This document shows positions 40,596-54,498 of a stretch of DNA of 64,000 nt, piece by piece. The position numbers and the translations under genes are program-made. Under the pieces are notes generated by a model. It was not told the origin of the DNA, searched no databases, and saw only the letters and a program-made list of their open reading frames with translations. Numbering within the stretch: position 1 is the stretch's first letter; every line of letters begins with the position of its first letter. The stretch comes from Octopus vulgaris (taxonomy: Eukaryota). Location: assembly GCA_951406725.2 (NCBI GenBank), contig OX597828.1, positions 11,718,001 through 11,782,000 on the forward strand. Direction: 5' to 3'.

Positions 40596-41994
40596 TGTTA
40601 GTAAGTAGGTGGGAAAATGTAGTGCTTTTACAACCAATATAAAAGTTAATGCCTTAACATTAATATCTTTACTGTTTGCATCCAATTTTATTGATAACAT
40701 TTGTATTCTGTAGTTTGTTCAGTGGCTTTCGAGCTAATTATTAATTGAGGGTAAACAAAGTTATAATTCGAACATATTATTAAATTTAGTTTATGGTTAG
40801 GCGTAATTCAAGCTGTATTCTGTATTATGAGATTCTTCACAATAATGCATTCCTCTTTTCTCAGTAGAACAAAAGCAAAAGTATTCATGCAACAATTTCG
40901 AAAGATAATTACAGAATAAATTATCATTTATCAATGTTTTAATTGATGTATAAATGTACTCTCACTATACTATTAATTCTTTTTGTTGAGAAACCCCTGA
41001 TAATTGATATCTAAGATTTAATGAACTTTAGAATAATTGAGTAATAGGCAGAGATAATTATCTGAATAAATAAATAATCTTTATAGAATTTCTTAGAAAG
41101 TTTTGAAAGTGATTTTCGAAAGGTGGAGTATGCTATGAAGCAAAATTAGGAAACAGTATATCTTGGATATGGGAATAATTTCGTAGATCAAACCTTAGCA
41201 AAGTGAGAAGAGACTACAAGATTGGCGGTGAGATATTTTTCAGGTAAATTTTTTATGCTTTCATCTTCATCTTTTACAACCCAAATTATTCCAAAACAAA
41301 TAACTTCCTTTCTAATATATTGCTATATAAAAATATTTTTTCTTTATTCCTCTTTTCTAATCCAAAATAAATATTAAGCTTGATAAAGCGGCTCGTTAGT
41401 TCTTCAAGTTAAATATTTTTGGGGGTTTAAAATTGAAAAGAGTAGACGCTTCCCTATCATATAGGTTAGTTCAGTCTTAGTAATAGTTACTCTCTTCTAA
41501 GCAATTCTTTCAATCGTTGTATTGTTTAATACCATCCTGCAGACAATCAATGTGTAGTCGGATAAAACAACAAATTCAAGTTCATCATCTGGAATATTAA
41601 ACTTTGATGCTTTATACAAAAATTTTGAACCACCAATAGGAATTTCTTCAGAAATTACATTTTTAAAAAGTGTGTTAGCACTAGACGCCAGTGGTTCTCT
41701 ATTTATCTAAATTTAAATTGATTAATCTCAGTTAAAAGGACAGCTTCAAAAGATGGTCGAGTATGACTTAGACTCTAAGGCAAATTTTGGAAAACTATTG
41801 AAGAGTATCAATATTTCTAGGTAGACAGGTAAATAGATCATTGCAAGATATCTTTAAAAAAGTTTAAATATTGTTTTTGTACGGTATTTTCTTGTTCTTT
41901 TATAAAACATTACGAATTAAAGAACCCGTATCTAATCATTTTTTTTTACTTTCCCATTGAGTGATACTGTCAAATTCGTTTCAAGACGTTCATA

Positions 41995-42398
41995 TTTATT
42001 TCTTTATTGCCTACAGAGGACTAAACATAGAGGGGACAAACAAAGGGATTAAGTCGGTTGCACCAACCTAAGAGCGTAACTGGTACTTATTTAATCGATC
42101 CCGAAATGATGAAAAGCAAAGTCGACCTCGGTGGAATTTGAACTGAGAACGTACCAGCAGGGGAAATACCTATTTCTTTACTACCCACAAGGAGTTAAAC
42201 ACAGAGAGGACAAACAAGGACAGACAAACGGATTAAGTCGATTATATCGACCCCAGTGCGTAACTGGTACTTATTTAATCGACCCCGAAAGGATGAAAGG
42301 CGAAGTCGACCTCGGCGGAATTTGAACTCAACATAACGGTAGACGAAATACGGCTACGCATTTCGCCCGGCGTGCTAACGTTTCTGCCAGCTCGCCGC
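41995..42398 (-). mobile_element. SINE family A, dimer-like (full copy plus repeated 3' part)
   Basis: Two consecutive reverse-complement family A bodies. Confidence 0.88.
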
Positions 42399-43017
42399 TC
42401 TCGAAATACGTACATATTGAAGAAGAAAAGTTATTGTGACTCTGGCGATGCAAAACTGCGGAGTTTATCTTAGAAACTATAGTGAAACAGCATTTCTTTT
42501 AGGAAAAGTAAATTAATTCTCGAATTTTCTCAATATAAATTTCATGAATTAGATAAAGTTCATTAGCTGCATCTAAGTACATAACTTGTAATTCCATTGC
42601 TAAATAATTTTCATCGAAACTAGATGCTGTTTGAAAAACTCATTTTCATGCTTCACGCTGATTATGGATTCCTTTTACGCAATCACTTCTTAACAACCAT
42701 CTTGTGCTTGAAAGGGAAATCATTTAAACTGATCTCTCACCATATTTATTAATTTATATATACCTGTGTAAGATTCTCTTTGCAGTGCGGATCTATAGAA
42801 CAAAGTTGTAAGTTTCTAGCACCAGATAGTAAAACTTAAGGAGACACTTCTATAGCAACAGAATATACTAAATGAGAAGCGTAACAACTACGTTTTAAGA
42901 GAATCAAATTTGTATTTGTTAATTTCATAAGAGTGCAAAGAGAATTATTAATACTAGAAAGTTTTAAAGTTCTGCCTGCTCTTATAGCAAGCAGATTTTA
43001 ATGTTGATTCCGTCATA

Positions 43018-43445
43018 AGGCGGGGAGCTGGCAGAAACGTTGGCACGCCGGACGAAATGCTTAGCAGTATTTCGTCTGTCTTTATGTTCTGAGTTCAAAT
43101 TCCGCCGAGGTCAATTTTACCTTTCATCCTTTCGGGGTTGATCTTATAAGAACCAGTTACGCACTGGGGTCGATGTAATTGACTTAATCCGTTTGTCTGT
43201 CCTTGTTTGTCCCCTCTATGTTTAGCCCCTTGTGGGCAATAAAGAAATAAGAATCGTTAGCACGCCAAGCAAAAATGCATAGCGGCATTTCGTCCATTTT
43301 AAGGTTTTGAGTTCCAATACCGCAGTGGTCTATTTTACCGTTCATCCTTTCGATAAAATAAGTACTAGTTAAGGACTAGGGTCGATCTAATTAACTTACT
43401 ATTCCCCCCGAAATTGCTGGTCGTGTACCAAAATTTGAAATCAAC
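43018..43445 (+). mobile_element. Young SINE family A followed by an older copy
   Basis: AGGCGGGGAGCTGGCAGAAACG...GCCCCTTGTGGGCAATAAAGAAATA, then a second body. Confidence 0.88.
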
Positions 43446-43939
43446 ATTAATTCCAACATCTCTAAAAATCTTTTTTACGACTGGTTATTTCATTAGAAAT
43501 TAACCATAAAAACTCTAATACAAATTTAGCTTGTTCTTTGTTGTAATAACTAACACGCGCATAGAAACTTTTCACAAACAGTTTCAATTGACTCAGCGGA
43601 AATTTACAACTGGCTATAACTTATATGTTCAATCTGTTTGTTTGTTTTTTTTTTCTTTAGTAGGATATTTGTCATTGTGTTTTGTTCTTTGCAGTTTCAA
43701 ATCAGCTGCACTTTATGATGAAAGAATATCCTTTGTAAAAACGTTCTCCCAAATGATCGACGCGACAAATGCTTTCATCACAAACTACAAATGAGACTAA
43801 CTGTGATTCTAATTTTGTGATTTTGGTACAGAAAAAAAAATGCTTTGATAGTTAGTAACAAATTCGACTTTTTTTATCTTTAGCTGCAAAAACATACTTT
43901 GTTAAATCAATTTTGATAGTAAGTTTTTCCACAAAGCTT

Positions 43940-44512
43940 GGATCTTTTCCGTTTCAACGGCAGATCGAGAAATTAATTTTTTGTAACTAAACACTTTCAA
44001 ACTTCGGACACTGGTAGAATGTGTCATACAACACATCTTTTACTTTTAGCGTTGTTGAGAAAATTTTCTGTTTTCAAAGTTATTTCGTGTTAAAGTTGTC
44101 GCTTTTCGGTAATTTAAGCCAATCAATGGTGTGTATTCAGCTTAATACAATTACTGCCGTTGTTTGTCAACAACAACAATAGGCGGTATATATTTCGTTT
44201 GTCACTATTATTTATGACATCGTGTGTTTGTACTGGTTTTAGCTTTAGGGTTTTAGGATTAGGGTTAGGGTTTTAGGATTAGAGTTAGGATTTCAGAGTT
44301 AGGGTTAGGGTTAGGGTTAAAGTTAGAGTTAGGGTTTTAGGGTCAGGGTTAGGGTTTTAGAGTTAGGGTTAGGGTTAAGGTTTTCGGGTTACGGTTAGGG
44401 TTAGGGTTTTAGGGTTAGGGTTAAGGTTTTAGGGTTAGGGTTAGGTTAGGGTTTTAGGGTTAGGGTTAGGGTTGGGGTTGGGGTTAGGGTTAGAGTTGGG
44501 GTTTTAGGGTTA
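43940..44512. mobile_element. Related MITE subfamily (single TIR) running into an ~270-bp interstitial telomeric array
   Basis: GGATCTTTTCCGTTTCAACGGCAG; subterminal GTAACTAAACACTTTCAAACTTCG..ACTGGTAGAATGTG shared with the MITE family; no second TIR seen. Confidence 0.8.
44245..44512 (+). repeat. Interstitial telomeric sequence (TTAGGG)n with TTTTAGGG, TTAGAG and TTGGGG variants
   Basis: Direct reading. Confidence 0.95.
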
Positions 44513-44734
44513 AAGATAAGGAAAAAAGTAAAAAATGAAGAAATTGGTGAGGGAGCTGTAGGGAGGCAAAAATGACTTTCCGAAAATAGTAGCTGTAAAA
44601 CAGGAAAAAAATCTAAAAGCAGTAGAAAAGCAAGAACGATTATGGTGGCGCCATGAAGTAAACATGCTTCAGATACACTCGTTTATTCATACAAGCGTAA
44701 CTGAGATGAAATATGCCATAAATAACATATTTCA

Positions 44735-44892
44735 CCCGTCTTCATGTTCTGACTTCAAATTCATCCGATGTTGACTTTGCCATTCTCTTTGTTTTATCGG
44801 GGTCGATAAAATAAGTACCCGTTGAGTACTGTGGTCGATGTAATCGACTTACCCCTACCCCGAATTTATTGGATTTATCCCAAAATTTGAAA
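44735..44892 (+). mobile_element. Diverged SINE family A
   Basis: GGGGTCGATAAAATAAGTACCCGTTGAGTACTG central block. Confidence 0.7.
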
Positions 44893-45429
44893 TGAATAAT
44901 TATCAAACGCTTTCTATTCTAAACATTATTTTGAACTAAAAATTAAACTTTTGCATTAAATTTATGAAGAAAATATTTTAGACTACTTAAGTGTACGTGT
45001 AATTACTATTGACATAAATTGTTTGGAACAAGAAATATAATTGGTTAGACTGCAGCAGGTAGTGTATAATACAACCAGCATTAATTTTCAATGAGAAATA
45101 AAACGCTACGGAATTTCACGCTACAGGTCCTTTTAAATCTACGGGTAACTTTTACGAATTAATTACTGTAGAATTATCGTATAAAGTCATTAAATTCCTC
45201 TAATAATTATGGCGCCACTGTGATTTGTTAGACCAATATATTGCGTTCATATTACCGTATTCCTGAATGTCAGAAAGTAGGTTTCGCATAGTGAGTCTAT
45301 AAATTTTACTGATTGGCAATGAATATTATTGATATGAACTTTTAAGTAAAACAGAAAAGTAAGGAATGTTAGCTCCCGAATTATCTTAAGTTTCCCAAGA
45401 AGTAGCAAGTAAACCAACCAGCAGGTGTA

Positions 45430-45468
<39 letters not shown>

Positions 45469-45644
45469 AATATGTGTTCATGAAAAGTGCTGCAGTCCTA
45501 TACCGACTATGTCTGCCTCATGAAGTTGCTATCAAAAGTACCAGACTATAGCTTCATTTCATTCTCTTCCTGAACCAGGGACTTCGTGCCACACGATACT
45601 ATCATGGAATTTGTTTATGGATCTCTCCCCCTCTCTCCCCACAC

Positions 45645-45694
<50 letters not shown>

Positions 45695-45699
45695 ACCCA

Positions 45700-46870
45700 C
45701 CACACGGCAACAAATCTAGTGTTTCTCAGTCTTCGGTTTTCTCTCCAAATTTCTTCCTTGTCTGCTTGACCGACCTATTTGTCAATACGTTGATGATCAA
45801 CTGTCTCTATGCAAATATCACCCTTCATTCTCGCCCAACAATCCATGAGTACTCCTAGCGATTCACGCCAACTCTGCATTGACTCAACAAAACAAAGAGA
45901 ATGGAAAAATATCCTCCTATACCAGTCATATCATTTTAAACACTAGAGTCCTGATCACTGCAGATAGTAGGAAGACTTTATCGCACCTTAAACGTTACTA
46001 GAAGTAAGAAGTACGAAAATATAAGACTCGGGATCACTTCATATGCTAGTTTTCATTTAGACCGGAAAAATTTTGGTAAATGCTCATCTTAATATGAAAA
46101 AGCCCTAATCACAAAGTCTACCTATCATCTAGAAAGCCAGAAAACAGTTAAGTCTATACAAAGTTCAATTGATATTTACAATGAAATACTGAACTCAAGC
46201 CAGAGATGCCGCTACTGCAATTATTTGTATACACTTCCTAGATTCCATCAAAAGAGTATCTCACTAAATGGTATAAAATCTTTTTGCATTCCAGGATATA
46301 CTGTGATCGTGGAGGCACATGGCCTAGTGGTTAGAGCAGCGGACTCGCGGTCGAGGGATCGCGGGTTCGAATCTCAGACCGGGTGATATGTGTGTTTATG
46401 ACCGAATCACCTAAGCTCCACGCAGCTCCGGCAGAAGGTAATGGCGAACTTCTGCTGGCTCTTTCGCCACAACTTTCTCTCACTCTTTCCTCCTGCATCT
46501 TGCAGCTCACCTGCGACGGACCGGCGTCCCGTCCAGGTGGGGCATCTATACGCCAAGGAAACCGGGAAATCGGCCCTTATGAGCTAGGCGTGGCTCGAGA
46601 AGGAACAAACAATTTACTATGCCCGGACACCACGTTTGTTGTGGCTTTGTGCTACTTCTAAGTCAAATACTTCCAACTCGCTAGTCACTCCTGTTTCCGC
46701 TATCCATCTGGTGTCTCTCATCAGGCTTCATACTAGCCACAACCTGAGTGCTTACTTTTCAAGACTTCGACGTCAGCGGCTTAGAATTCTATATCTACGC
46801 ATTTTCCATCGACTAGACTTGCAGTTGTTAGAGAAGTCTTGGATGACCCGCGAAGACCATAGCAACAGCC
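45700..46870 (+). mobile_element. Highly degenerate CR1/L2-like LINE RT remnant, interrupted by a SINE
   Basis: VSQSSVFSPNFFLVCLTDL...CLYANITLH resembles VPQGSVLSPxLFxxFINDL...SYADDxTL. Confidence 0.5.
46309..46612 (+). mobile_element. tRNA-Arg(TCG)-like SINE, family C head
   Basis: GTGGAGGCACATGGCCTAGTGGTTAGAGCAGCGGACTCGCGGTCGAGGGATCGCGGGTTCGAATCTC; 3' tail shared with 51516-51620. Confidence 0.88.
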
Positions 46871-47332
46871 CCTAGCATCAGACAAAAACCAATTGATATG
46901 CATAGAATTTTGATCGGTAGAATTTAATACTATGATTACGGAACAATTTATCAAGAACTATATACGATTGTGAAAAGATGAATAAATCTTTACAAACAAA
47001 ATGAATATATAAGTAAAATGGAATAAAATGATGCCATAAAAATATCTTGAGAAGATTTTGAAATATCTCACATTTGAATCCACGTTGGTTTGATATTCAC
47101 ATGTTTGATTATATACGTATATATCTACACAAACATACACACACACGCACACACATACACACACACATATATATGTAAGCATGTTTGTATGTATATGTAT
47201 ATATGTATGTGCATGTATGCGTATATGCTTAAGCAAGTGTATAAGAGATAGATATCAATACATATATAAATATAATTGTACGTGTATGTATATATAGAAC
47301 TTGCTACTTTTGGGGGGGAACTTAAAAATATT

Positions 47333-47383
<51 letters not shown>

Positions 47384-47986
47384 CCGTATGTATGTATGTA
47401 TTGTATTGTATTAAGGAAGAAATTCAATGAAATATGAATACTGCGAATTCTCTGCTATCGGCAGAAATTAATGCAGTTTGCGTATTTTCCAAATATTATT
47501 ATTGATACTGGTTTATGGTTAGAAGTAACGGCAGCTGTGGCCCGCATTATGAATTGATATTTTTTATTCCTCTTGTTGCGTCCATCAAATCGAAGAGGAA
47601 CAAATGCAAACATATTCATTCTTCAATATCTAAAGATAATTTATCTTCAACCTTTTTTTAAAACTGTAATGTTCAATAAATAAAATTAATATTTTCCTAT
47701 TTATTATCTATACTTCATCTCTATTTTGTAAGGAACACAGAGTTAATAGTTGTTTAAGATTAAATGAGCAAATACCTGTATGAACAAGTAAATCTTTATG
47801 GAGTTTATGAGACAATTTTCAAAGTGATTTTTCAAAATGAAAAGAAGCTTACGTAACAAAATTCCAATATTTTCAAGATAAAATGCTGTATATATAATGC
47901 ATCAATAAAATTGTAGCTAACGCAGTGTATCTAGACACATCTAAAACCCTTGTATTTATACGCAGTATTTTTTCTTTAGGCGAAGA

Positions 47987-48505
47987 CGGCGAGCTGGCAG
48001 AAACGTGAGCACGCCGGGCGAAATGCCTAGCAGTATTTCGCCTGCCGCCACGTTCTGAGTTCAAATTCTGCCGAGGTCGACTTTGCCTTTCATCCTTTCG
48101 AGGTCGATCGTATAAGTACCAGTTACGCACTGGGGTCAATATGATCGACTTAGTCCGTTTGTCTGTCCTTGTTTGTTCCTTCTGTGTTTAGCCCCCTGTG
48201 GGTAGTAAAGAAACAGGTATTTCGTCTGTCTTTACATTCTACGTTCAAATTCCGCCGAAGTCGACTTTGCCTTTCGACTTAATCCCTTTGTCTGTCCTTG
48301 TTTGTCCTCTCTATCTTTAGCCCCTTGTGGGCAATAAATAAATAAGAAACATTACCACGCCGGACAAAATGCTTAGCAGCATTTTGTTCATCTTTACGTC
48401 CAGAATTCCAATTCCGCCGAGGCCTTCTATGATTTTCATCTTATCGGAGTCGATAAAATGAGTATAAGTCGAGCACTGAGGTCAGTGTAATCGACTTAAC
48501 CCCTC
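47987..48505 (+). mobile_element. SINE family A cluster (young copy with repeated tail plus an older copy)
   Basis: Family A head, central block and two tails. Confidence 0.88.
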
Positions 48506-48957
48506 CATCAAAACTGCTGTGCACGTACGTATATAGACGTGTATATGAACCTTTTTGTGCGCGCGCGTGTGTGTGTGTGAGCGTGTGTGCGGGTATGTAT
48601 ATATTTTTTGGCGAATGTGCGTGTGCGCATGTGTGTGGATGAGCATATGCATTTAGGCACATGTACGTGGGTGTGCATGTCTGTGTACGGACATGCGCGC
48701 ATACGCGTTTGCTACGAGCATTTTTACTCCTTTACCTTTTACTCCCTCCCCTTATTTAAAGGTCATTCTAATTGCACTTTTGTCTTAATAACCGTCAATC
48801 ACATAGTAATTTCCCTTTGTTTAACGTTCATTTTCATAGCATTTTTTGATGGCCCGATAACTGAAGAGATGCCGGTGCGGTATTTCCACCCCCATATGCG
48901 AAACTCGGAGCTCTATCATGGCTTCCGAATAATTGTCACATATTATATTTACACACG

Positions 48958-49009
<52 letters not shown>

Positions 49010-49046
49010 AACATATATATATATATATGTATGTGTGCATGTATGT

Positions 49047-49086
<40 letters not shown>

Positions 49087-49087
<1 letters not shown>

Positions 49088-49260
49088 CCGCAGGAGTGGC
49101 TGCGTGGTAAGTAGCTTGCTTACCAACCAAATGGTTCCGGGTTCAGTCCCACTACGTGACACCTTGGGCAAGAGTCTTCTACTATAGCCTTGGGCCGACC
49201 AAAGCCTTGTGAGTGGATTTCGTAGACAGAAGCTGAAAGAAGGCAGTCGTATATATGTAT

Positions 49261-49319
<59 letters not shown>

Positions 49320-49520
49320 TGTGTGTCCGTGTTTGTCCCCCCCCCCAGCATCGCTTGACAACCGATGTTGATGTGTTTACGCTCCCGTAACTTAGCGGTT
49401 CGGCAAAAAGTTCCGATAGAATAAGTACTTGGCTTACAAAGAATAAGTCCTGGGGTCGATTTGCTCGACTAAAGGCAGTGCTCCAGCATGGCCGCAGTCA
49501 ATTAACTGAAACAAGTAAAA
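49087..49520 (+). mobile_element. SINE family B, full length
   Basis: tRNA-like head, internal (TA)n, tail CAGCATGGCCGCAGTCAATTAACTGAAACAAGTAAAA. Confidence 0.92.
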
Positions 49521-49549
49521 ACGTAAAGGAGTAAAGAGTATATATATAT

Positions 49550-49762
49550 ATTGTTGGCTTTAAAAAAATCTGTATAAATATTTTGTGGTAAAACATGAGA
49601 ATATTTGTAAGGATATTGTGTTTACCTCTGTGTATGTACATACAGTTTTGGTTTAAAATCTTTACAAATATTGTGTAGTAGAATACGAAGATATTTGTAA
49701 GACGTGACTTTGTATTTACGACTGTCTATGTACAGTGTTGGCTAAAAAATCTATACAAATAG
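49550..49762 (+). repeat. Diverged ~92-bp tandem repeat, ~2.3 units
   Basis: Recurring TTGG..TAAAA.ATCT.TA.AAATA...ATATTTGTAAG...TTGT.TTTAC..CTGT.TATGTACA. Confidence 0.7.
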
Positions 49763-51059
49763 CTGGGAAATATAGCGTTGAAACAAAGCATATCAGTAAT
49801 TTATTAATAGTTTGGTGATTGGAATAGCCAAGAGAACTGTAGCGACAACAGATAAATTCAAGAAGAGAGACTTTTGTTCCAGTTACTAAAATAGAATTAG
49901 TTTACTGATTTTGTTCACGAAACTGAATAAACTTTTATAGAGAGAACCAGCCAACCCCAACATTCACTTTTCTAAGCAAAGTTTCTGAATGTAGCGTGAA
50001 GGTTTCTTTAACAGAGGTGATGGGTTAAATGAAAATAGATGAAGATATGTTGTGTTTCGGAAAATAAATATATTCTTTGTTTATTAGATAAACGTCATTT
50101 GACCACATTTATTTATTCATTTATTATTTTGCTTTTGGCTAAATTGCTGTTTGTTTATGTCTTATTCTGTCAGTGAGTCGCCGCAGCCAAAAGAAGACAC
50201 ATTTATATACCATAAGTAGAATTTTAAAAATATATTTATTCATACATCAATGGCTTCAGATAAATAAAATTATATTCATTGTTATAAAAAAAAATGACAA
50301 AGTTTTTAACTGTGCTACTATATAGATAAATTCAGTAATGTTGTTTTTTCTTATCTATTGTTGACATTAGAAATTATTCCTTATTTGTTGAATATAAAGA
50401 ATGGAGTATCCAATGAGCATCATAGTAATAGCTATAGCAGAGAGACAGGGTAAGCAACTTTGAGAAAATGTCTTAAGACTTTTTAAAGTTTTGCATTAGG
50501 AAAACAAGTTTATCAGCGATAGATAGGATAATCTTAAAAGTAGTTACCTGTTCAGACCTCATCGAACCAGACTAGAACACAATAAAGTCGAAAATGATCC
50601 TTGCTTCTCTTCAGATTAAGTTTTGTCTTCGACTTTTAAGATCCCAAATATCTTTTTAAAAGACTGCTTATATACTAGTATATGGAATTATTTTTTCTCT
50701 AATCGGAACAAAAAATAATCCAAAATTTGGTACCATATTGCCCCTGCATAAAATTCAATTTGTCAACGTTCGGCGTTACTTATTGAAGGAGAGCTGTCAC
50801 ATCCAAGGTTACGTATTAAATATATTAGAGGGGAGTCAGAAAATACATCAAATATGTATCCCCTAGGGAAATATGATTCCTAAAATCCTTACATCTATAT
50901 ATCTGTGAAGAAAAGAATTCATTCCCAAGTGATATAACTTTAGTTGTGGTTGATTGATAAAAAGATGTATTTTAAATAGCAGATAATGATGATTCCACAT
51001 TTTAGGAAAAAAGACGAAACCATTAAAACATAACATAAAAAGTTATTACATAACCTCCT

Positions 51060-51135
51060 GAACTACGCAGACTTGTAAACTTACACAGATTTGTAAACTT
51101 AAACTTGTAAACTACACAGACTTGTAAACTTACAT
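51060..51135 (+). repeat. Short minisatellite (ACAGACTTGTAAACTTAC-like)
   Basis: Four TTGTAAACT cores. Confidence 0.75.
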
Positions 51136-51515
51136 GAGTGTATCACAAATACACTCACGTATATGTACGAATGTACAGTGACTCACATATTCATAAATAT
51201 CTAGAACTTTCTAGACTCGCTTTTGTTAGTGACTATAGTGAATCACAGAAGAACGGGAATATATATCCAAGATGCCAAAAGCTCGATACGGTTGATGTTC
51301 TTCGTAAATTACGAAAATTCGTAATTTACGAAGCTTTGCTTCGTGAAAGATATGGACAGCGAAGGAATGTCAGAGGGTTGACATTTCGAGGAGGAAACAT
51401 TGGGTAAATTCGCAGCACACGAAGCATGGATACAAAATAAGTGTCAATAAAAAGTGAGACTGGTGAGTCGAGTGTGTCGGATAAGCAAGAGCAGAGGCTG
51501 CAATATTACTGGTAG

Positions 51516-51762
51516 TTGTTCCTTCTCGAGCCATGCCAGGCTCATAAGTGCCGGTTTCCCGGTTTCAGTGGCGTAGAAATTCCCCACCTGGACGGGACGC
51601 CGGTCCGTCGCAGGATTATTCATTTTTGCCAGCTGGGTGGACTGGAGCAACTTGAAATGAAGTGTTTTGCTCAAGAACACAACGTATCGCCCGGTCCAGG
51701 AATCGAAACCACAACCTTACGATCATGAGTTCAACACCCTAACCACTAAGCCACGCGCCTCC
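51516..51762 (-). mobile_element. tRNA-derived SINE (family C-related) with 16-bp TSD
   Basis: TSD GCAATATTACTGGTAG at 51500-51515 and 51763-51778; head GGAGGCGCGTGGCTTAGTGGTTAGGG...GGTTTCGATTCC. Confidence 0.92.
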
Positions 51763-52884
51763 GCAATATTACTGGTAGGAAAGACAGTGAGGAGACACTG
51801 GTATATTGGCCAGAAGGCAGTAGTTTGTTTGGCCAGCGATTTTAACCTATCACTCAGGTGATCCTTTTGGTTTGGCTGGGTTTGAATGTTTGCATATATA
51901 GTGCCACCAACACCGTTCCAAAATTGGGAATATAATTACATAATAGGTCTTGACTGTGTTTTGTAAAGGATTAATAACTTTTGAGATGTGAACTATTTTC
52001 TGTTTCTGGAGAGTAAGGCCAGTTTTGGTGATGCAATCGTTAGGTCGATAATATGAGATTGGTATAATAGAATACAAGTAAGGAGACTCAATGTCTCTAA
52101 CACGGTTTTGCAGGTGCTAGTTGCATTGTTCAAGTACAGAATTGGTGGAGCGCAATATATTTCCTTGTATGTGTAGTGAATGAGTTATTGTGCTACTAAA
52201 GGAACCAAAATAGGTTTGCTCTAGATAGAAGCGGTTTTTTAGGTCTCTGTGCATGAAATTGATTCAGGGCTTCCATGAAGTGTATAGGTTGTACGTGGAT
52301 AAAGTGTATAGACGCGTACGTTTAAAGATGATTAATAGATGGTACCATCTGCATCGGAGTGAGTATTGTGAGAACTGATAATCAATACAATGTTGATGAA
52401 GAGACTGGAAAAAAAAACACGTTATAATATACTTGAGGGAATATATTATGTCATAAAATGCTCTGTCAGAAAACGTTGATACAGTTAAATAGGGAGCATT
52501 AAGAGACGAGAGGAAAATGGAACCCGTACAGAGAAAGTTTTAGAAAAGAGATTCGCATGTTAGATTTGGTCGTAGGATTTATTGATATAAAATACTGCAC
52601 TTTTATCCAAAAATATCAAGTGGCTCACTAATGTTTGACATAGAAACGCATGACTCCAGTAGCTCTGATTTTCAGAAGACAAATGGTGGGATAATAAGTG
52701 AAGGTGTTGGAGAGGCTGGTTATTAATGGCCGTCTTCATCACTTTCGATGAAATCGGTGGGAGAGAGTTGATAATATCAAAGTGATTGCTTTTCTTCAGA
52801 AAGGGAAACGTAGTAGGAATTTTCAAAAGATCTCAATAGACGCCTCGAGATATGAAATAGCGATAGATATAGATATATGAATAG

Positions 52885-52989
52885 CTAGATAAGTCGGTAG
52901 GGAGACAGGTATGTAGGTATTTAGGTAGGTTGGTAGGGAGGTAGGGAGGTATGTAGGTAGGTAGGCAGACAGGCAGGCTGGAAGGTAGG

Positions 52990-53020
<31 letters not shown>

Positions 53021-53246
53021 GTAGGTAGGTAGGTAGGTAGGTAGGTAGGCAGGCAAGTAGGTAGGTTGTAGGTAGGTGGTAGGTAGGTAGATAGGTAGTT
53101 AGGTAGGTAGGCTGGCAGAAAGGTAGGCAGGCAGGTAGATAGGTAGGTAGGTACTACGTACGTACGTAGGCAGGCAAGTAGGTAGGTAAGTAGGTACGTA
53201 CGTACGTAGGTAGGCAGGCAGCTAGCTAGCTAGATAGATAGGTAGG

Positions 53247-53325
<79 letters not shown>
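52885..53325. repeat. (TAGG)n/(TATG)n/(GATA)n compound tetranucleotide microsatellite
   Basis: Direct reading. Confidence 0.95.
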
Positions 53326-53828
53326 AACAAAAATTTTGGTGAGAATAGGAAATGAATCCGGAACATATTTCTTAGGGCAACTGATGGAAGGTTCCCAGAA
53401 CTGGTTTGAAGTGGTTAGACGTGTTTCTGTTTCCACTCTCGATCTGAGTGTTTGATGGGAAGCTAATAAGAGAGGGCGGAGAGATAATTAAAGAGGCTGG
53501 TGAGATCATTAGAGGCGATGATGAGGTAATTAGAATTTTAGATGTGTGCTTCAATAATCATGTTTAAAAAGTGGAGAGAGTGAGGTTTTTGCATATTTAG
53601 TAGAATCACTTTTTATTTCCAAGAGACCAAAGAAATCGTCTGCACAACATGGATAGCAGCAACGCCTTCATTCATAAATATTGATAGTAATAATGCTAAC
53701 ATTCATAAACAGTGATGCTGATATTGCCCTCATTCACAGATAACGAGACTGAAAATGACTTCATTAGCAACATTATATATATATATATATATATGTTTTA
53801 TTGTATGTGTATATATATATATACATGA

Positions 53829-53880
<52 letters not shown>

Positions 53881-53882
<2 letters not shown>

Positions 53883-54392
53883 TGGAGCACCGCCTTTAGT
53901 CGAGCAAATCGACCCTGGGACTTATTCTTTGTAAGCCCAGTACTTATTCGATCGGTCTCTTTTGCCGAACCGCTACGTGACGGGGACGTAAACACACCAG
54001 CATCGGTTGTCAAGCAATGCTAGGGGTACAAACACAGACACACAAACATACACGCACACACATATATATACATATATAAACATAAATACGACAGGCTTCT
54101 TTCAGTTTCCGTATACCAAATCCACTCTCAAGGCATTGGTCGGCCCGGGGCTATAGCAGAAGACACTTGCCCAAGATGCCACGCAGTGGGACTGAACCCG
54201 GAACCAAGTGGTTGGTTAGCAAGCTACTTACCACACAGCCACTCCTGCGCCTAACATATAGGCGCAGGAGTGGATATGTGATAAGAAGCTTCATTTCCAA
54301 CCTACCTTGGGTAGGTGTTTTTTACTATAGCCTCGGTCCACCAGAGCCTTGTAAGTGGATTTAGTCGATAGAAACTGAAGGAAGATGTCGTA

Positions 54393-54436
<44 letters not shown>

Positions 54437-54460
54437 GTGTTTGTGTTTGTTATACACACC

Positions 54461-54498
<38 letters not shown>

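Larger units (their letters stand above)
51250..53650 (-). mobile_element. Highly degenerate CR1/L2-like LINE ORF2 remnant, interrupted by a SINE and microsatellites
   Basis: Minus strand: SLPPISSKVMKTAINNQ (ISLL..ISKVME..IN-like), LFINIV...HSDADGTI (YADD-like), FPILERC, LIRHTRLTSLTFY. Confidence 0.6.

Noticed and set aside
43695-43794. Strong-looking acceptor TTTGTTCTTTGCAG with a short open frame
   Set aside because: Unrecognisable peptide; expected by chance in 64 kb.
44245-44512. A true chromosome end
   Set aside because: The array is short, degenerate and flanked by ordinary sequence on both sides.
46309-46385. A functional tRNA-Arg(TCG) gene
   Set aside because: No acceptor stem pairing; it continues into a SINE body shared with other copies.
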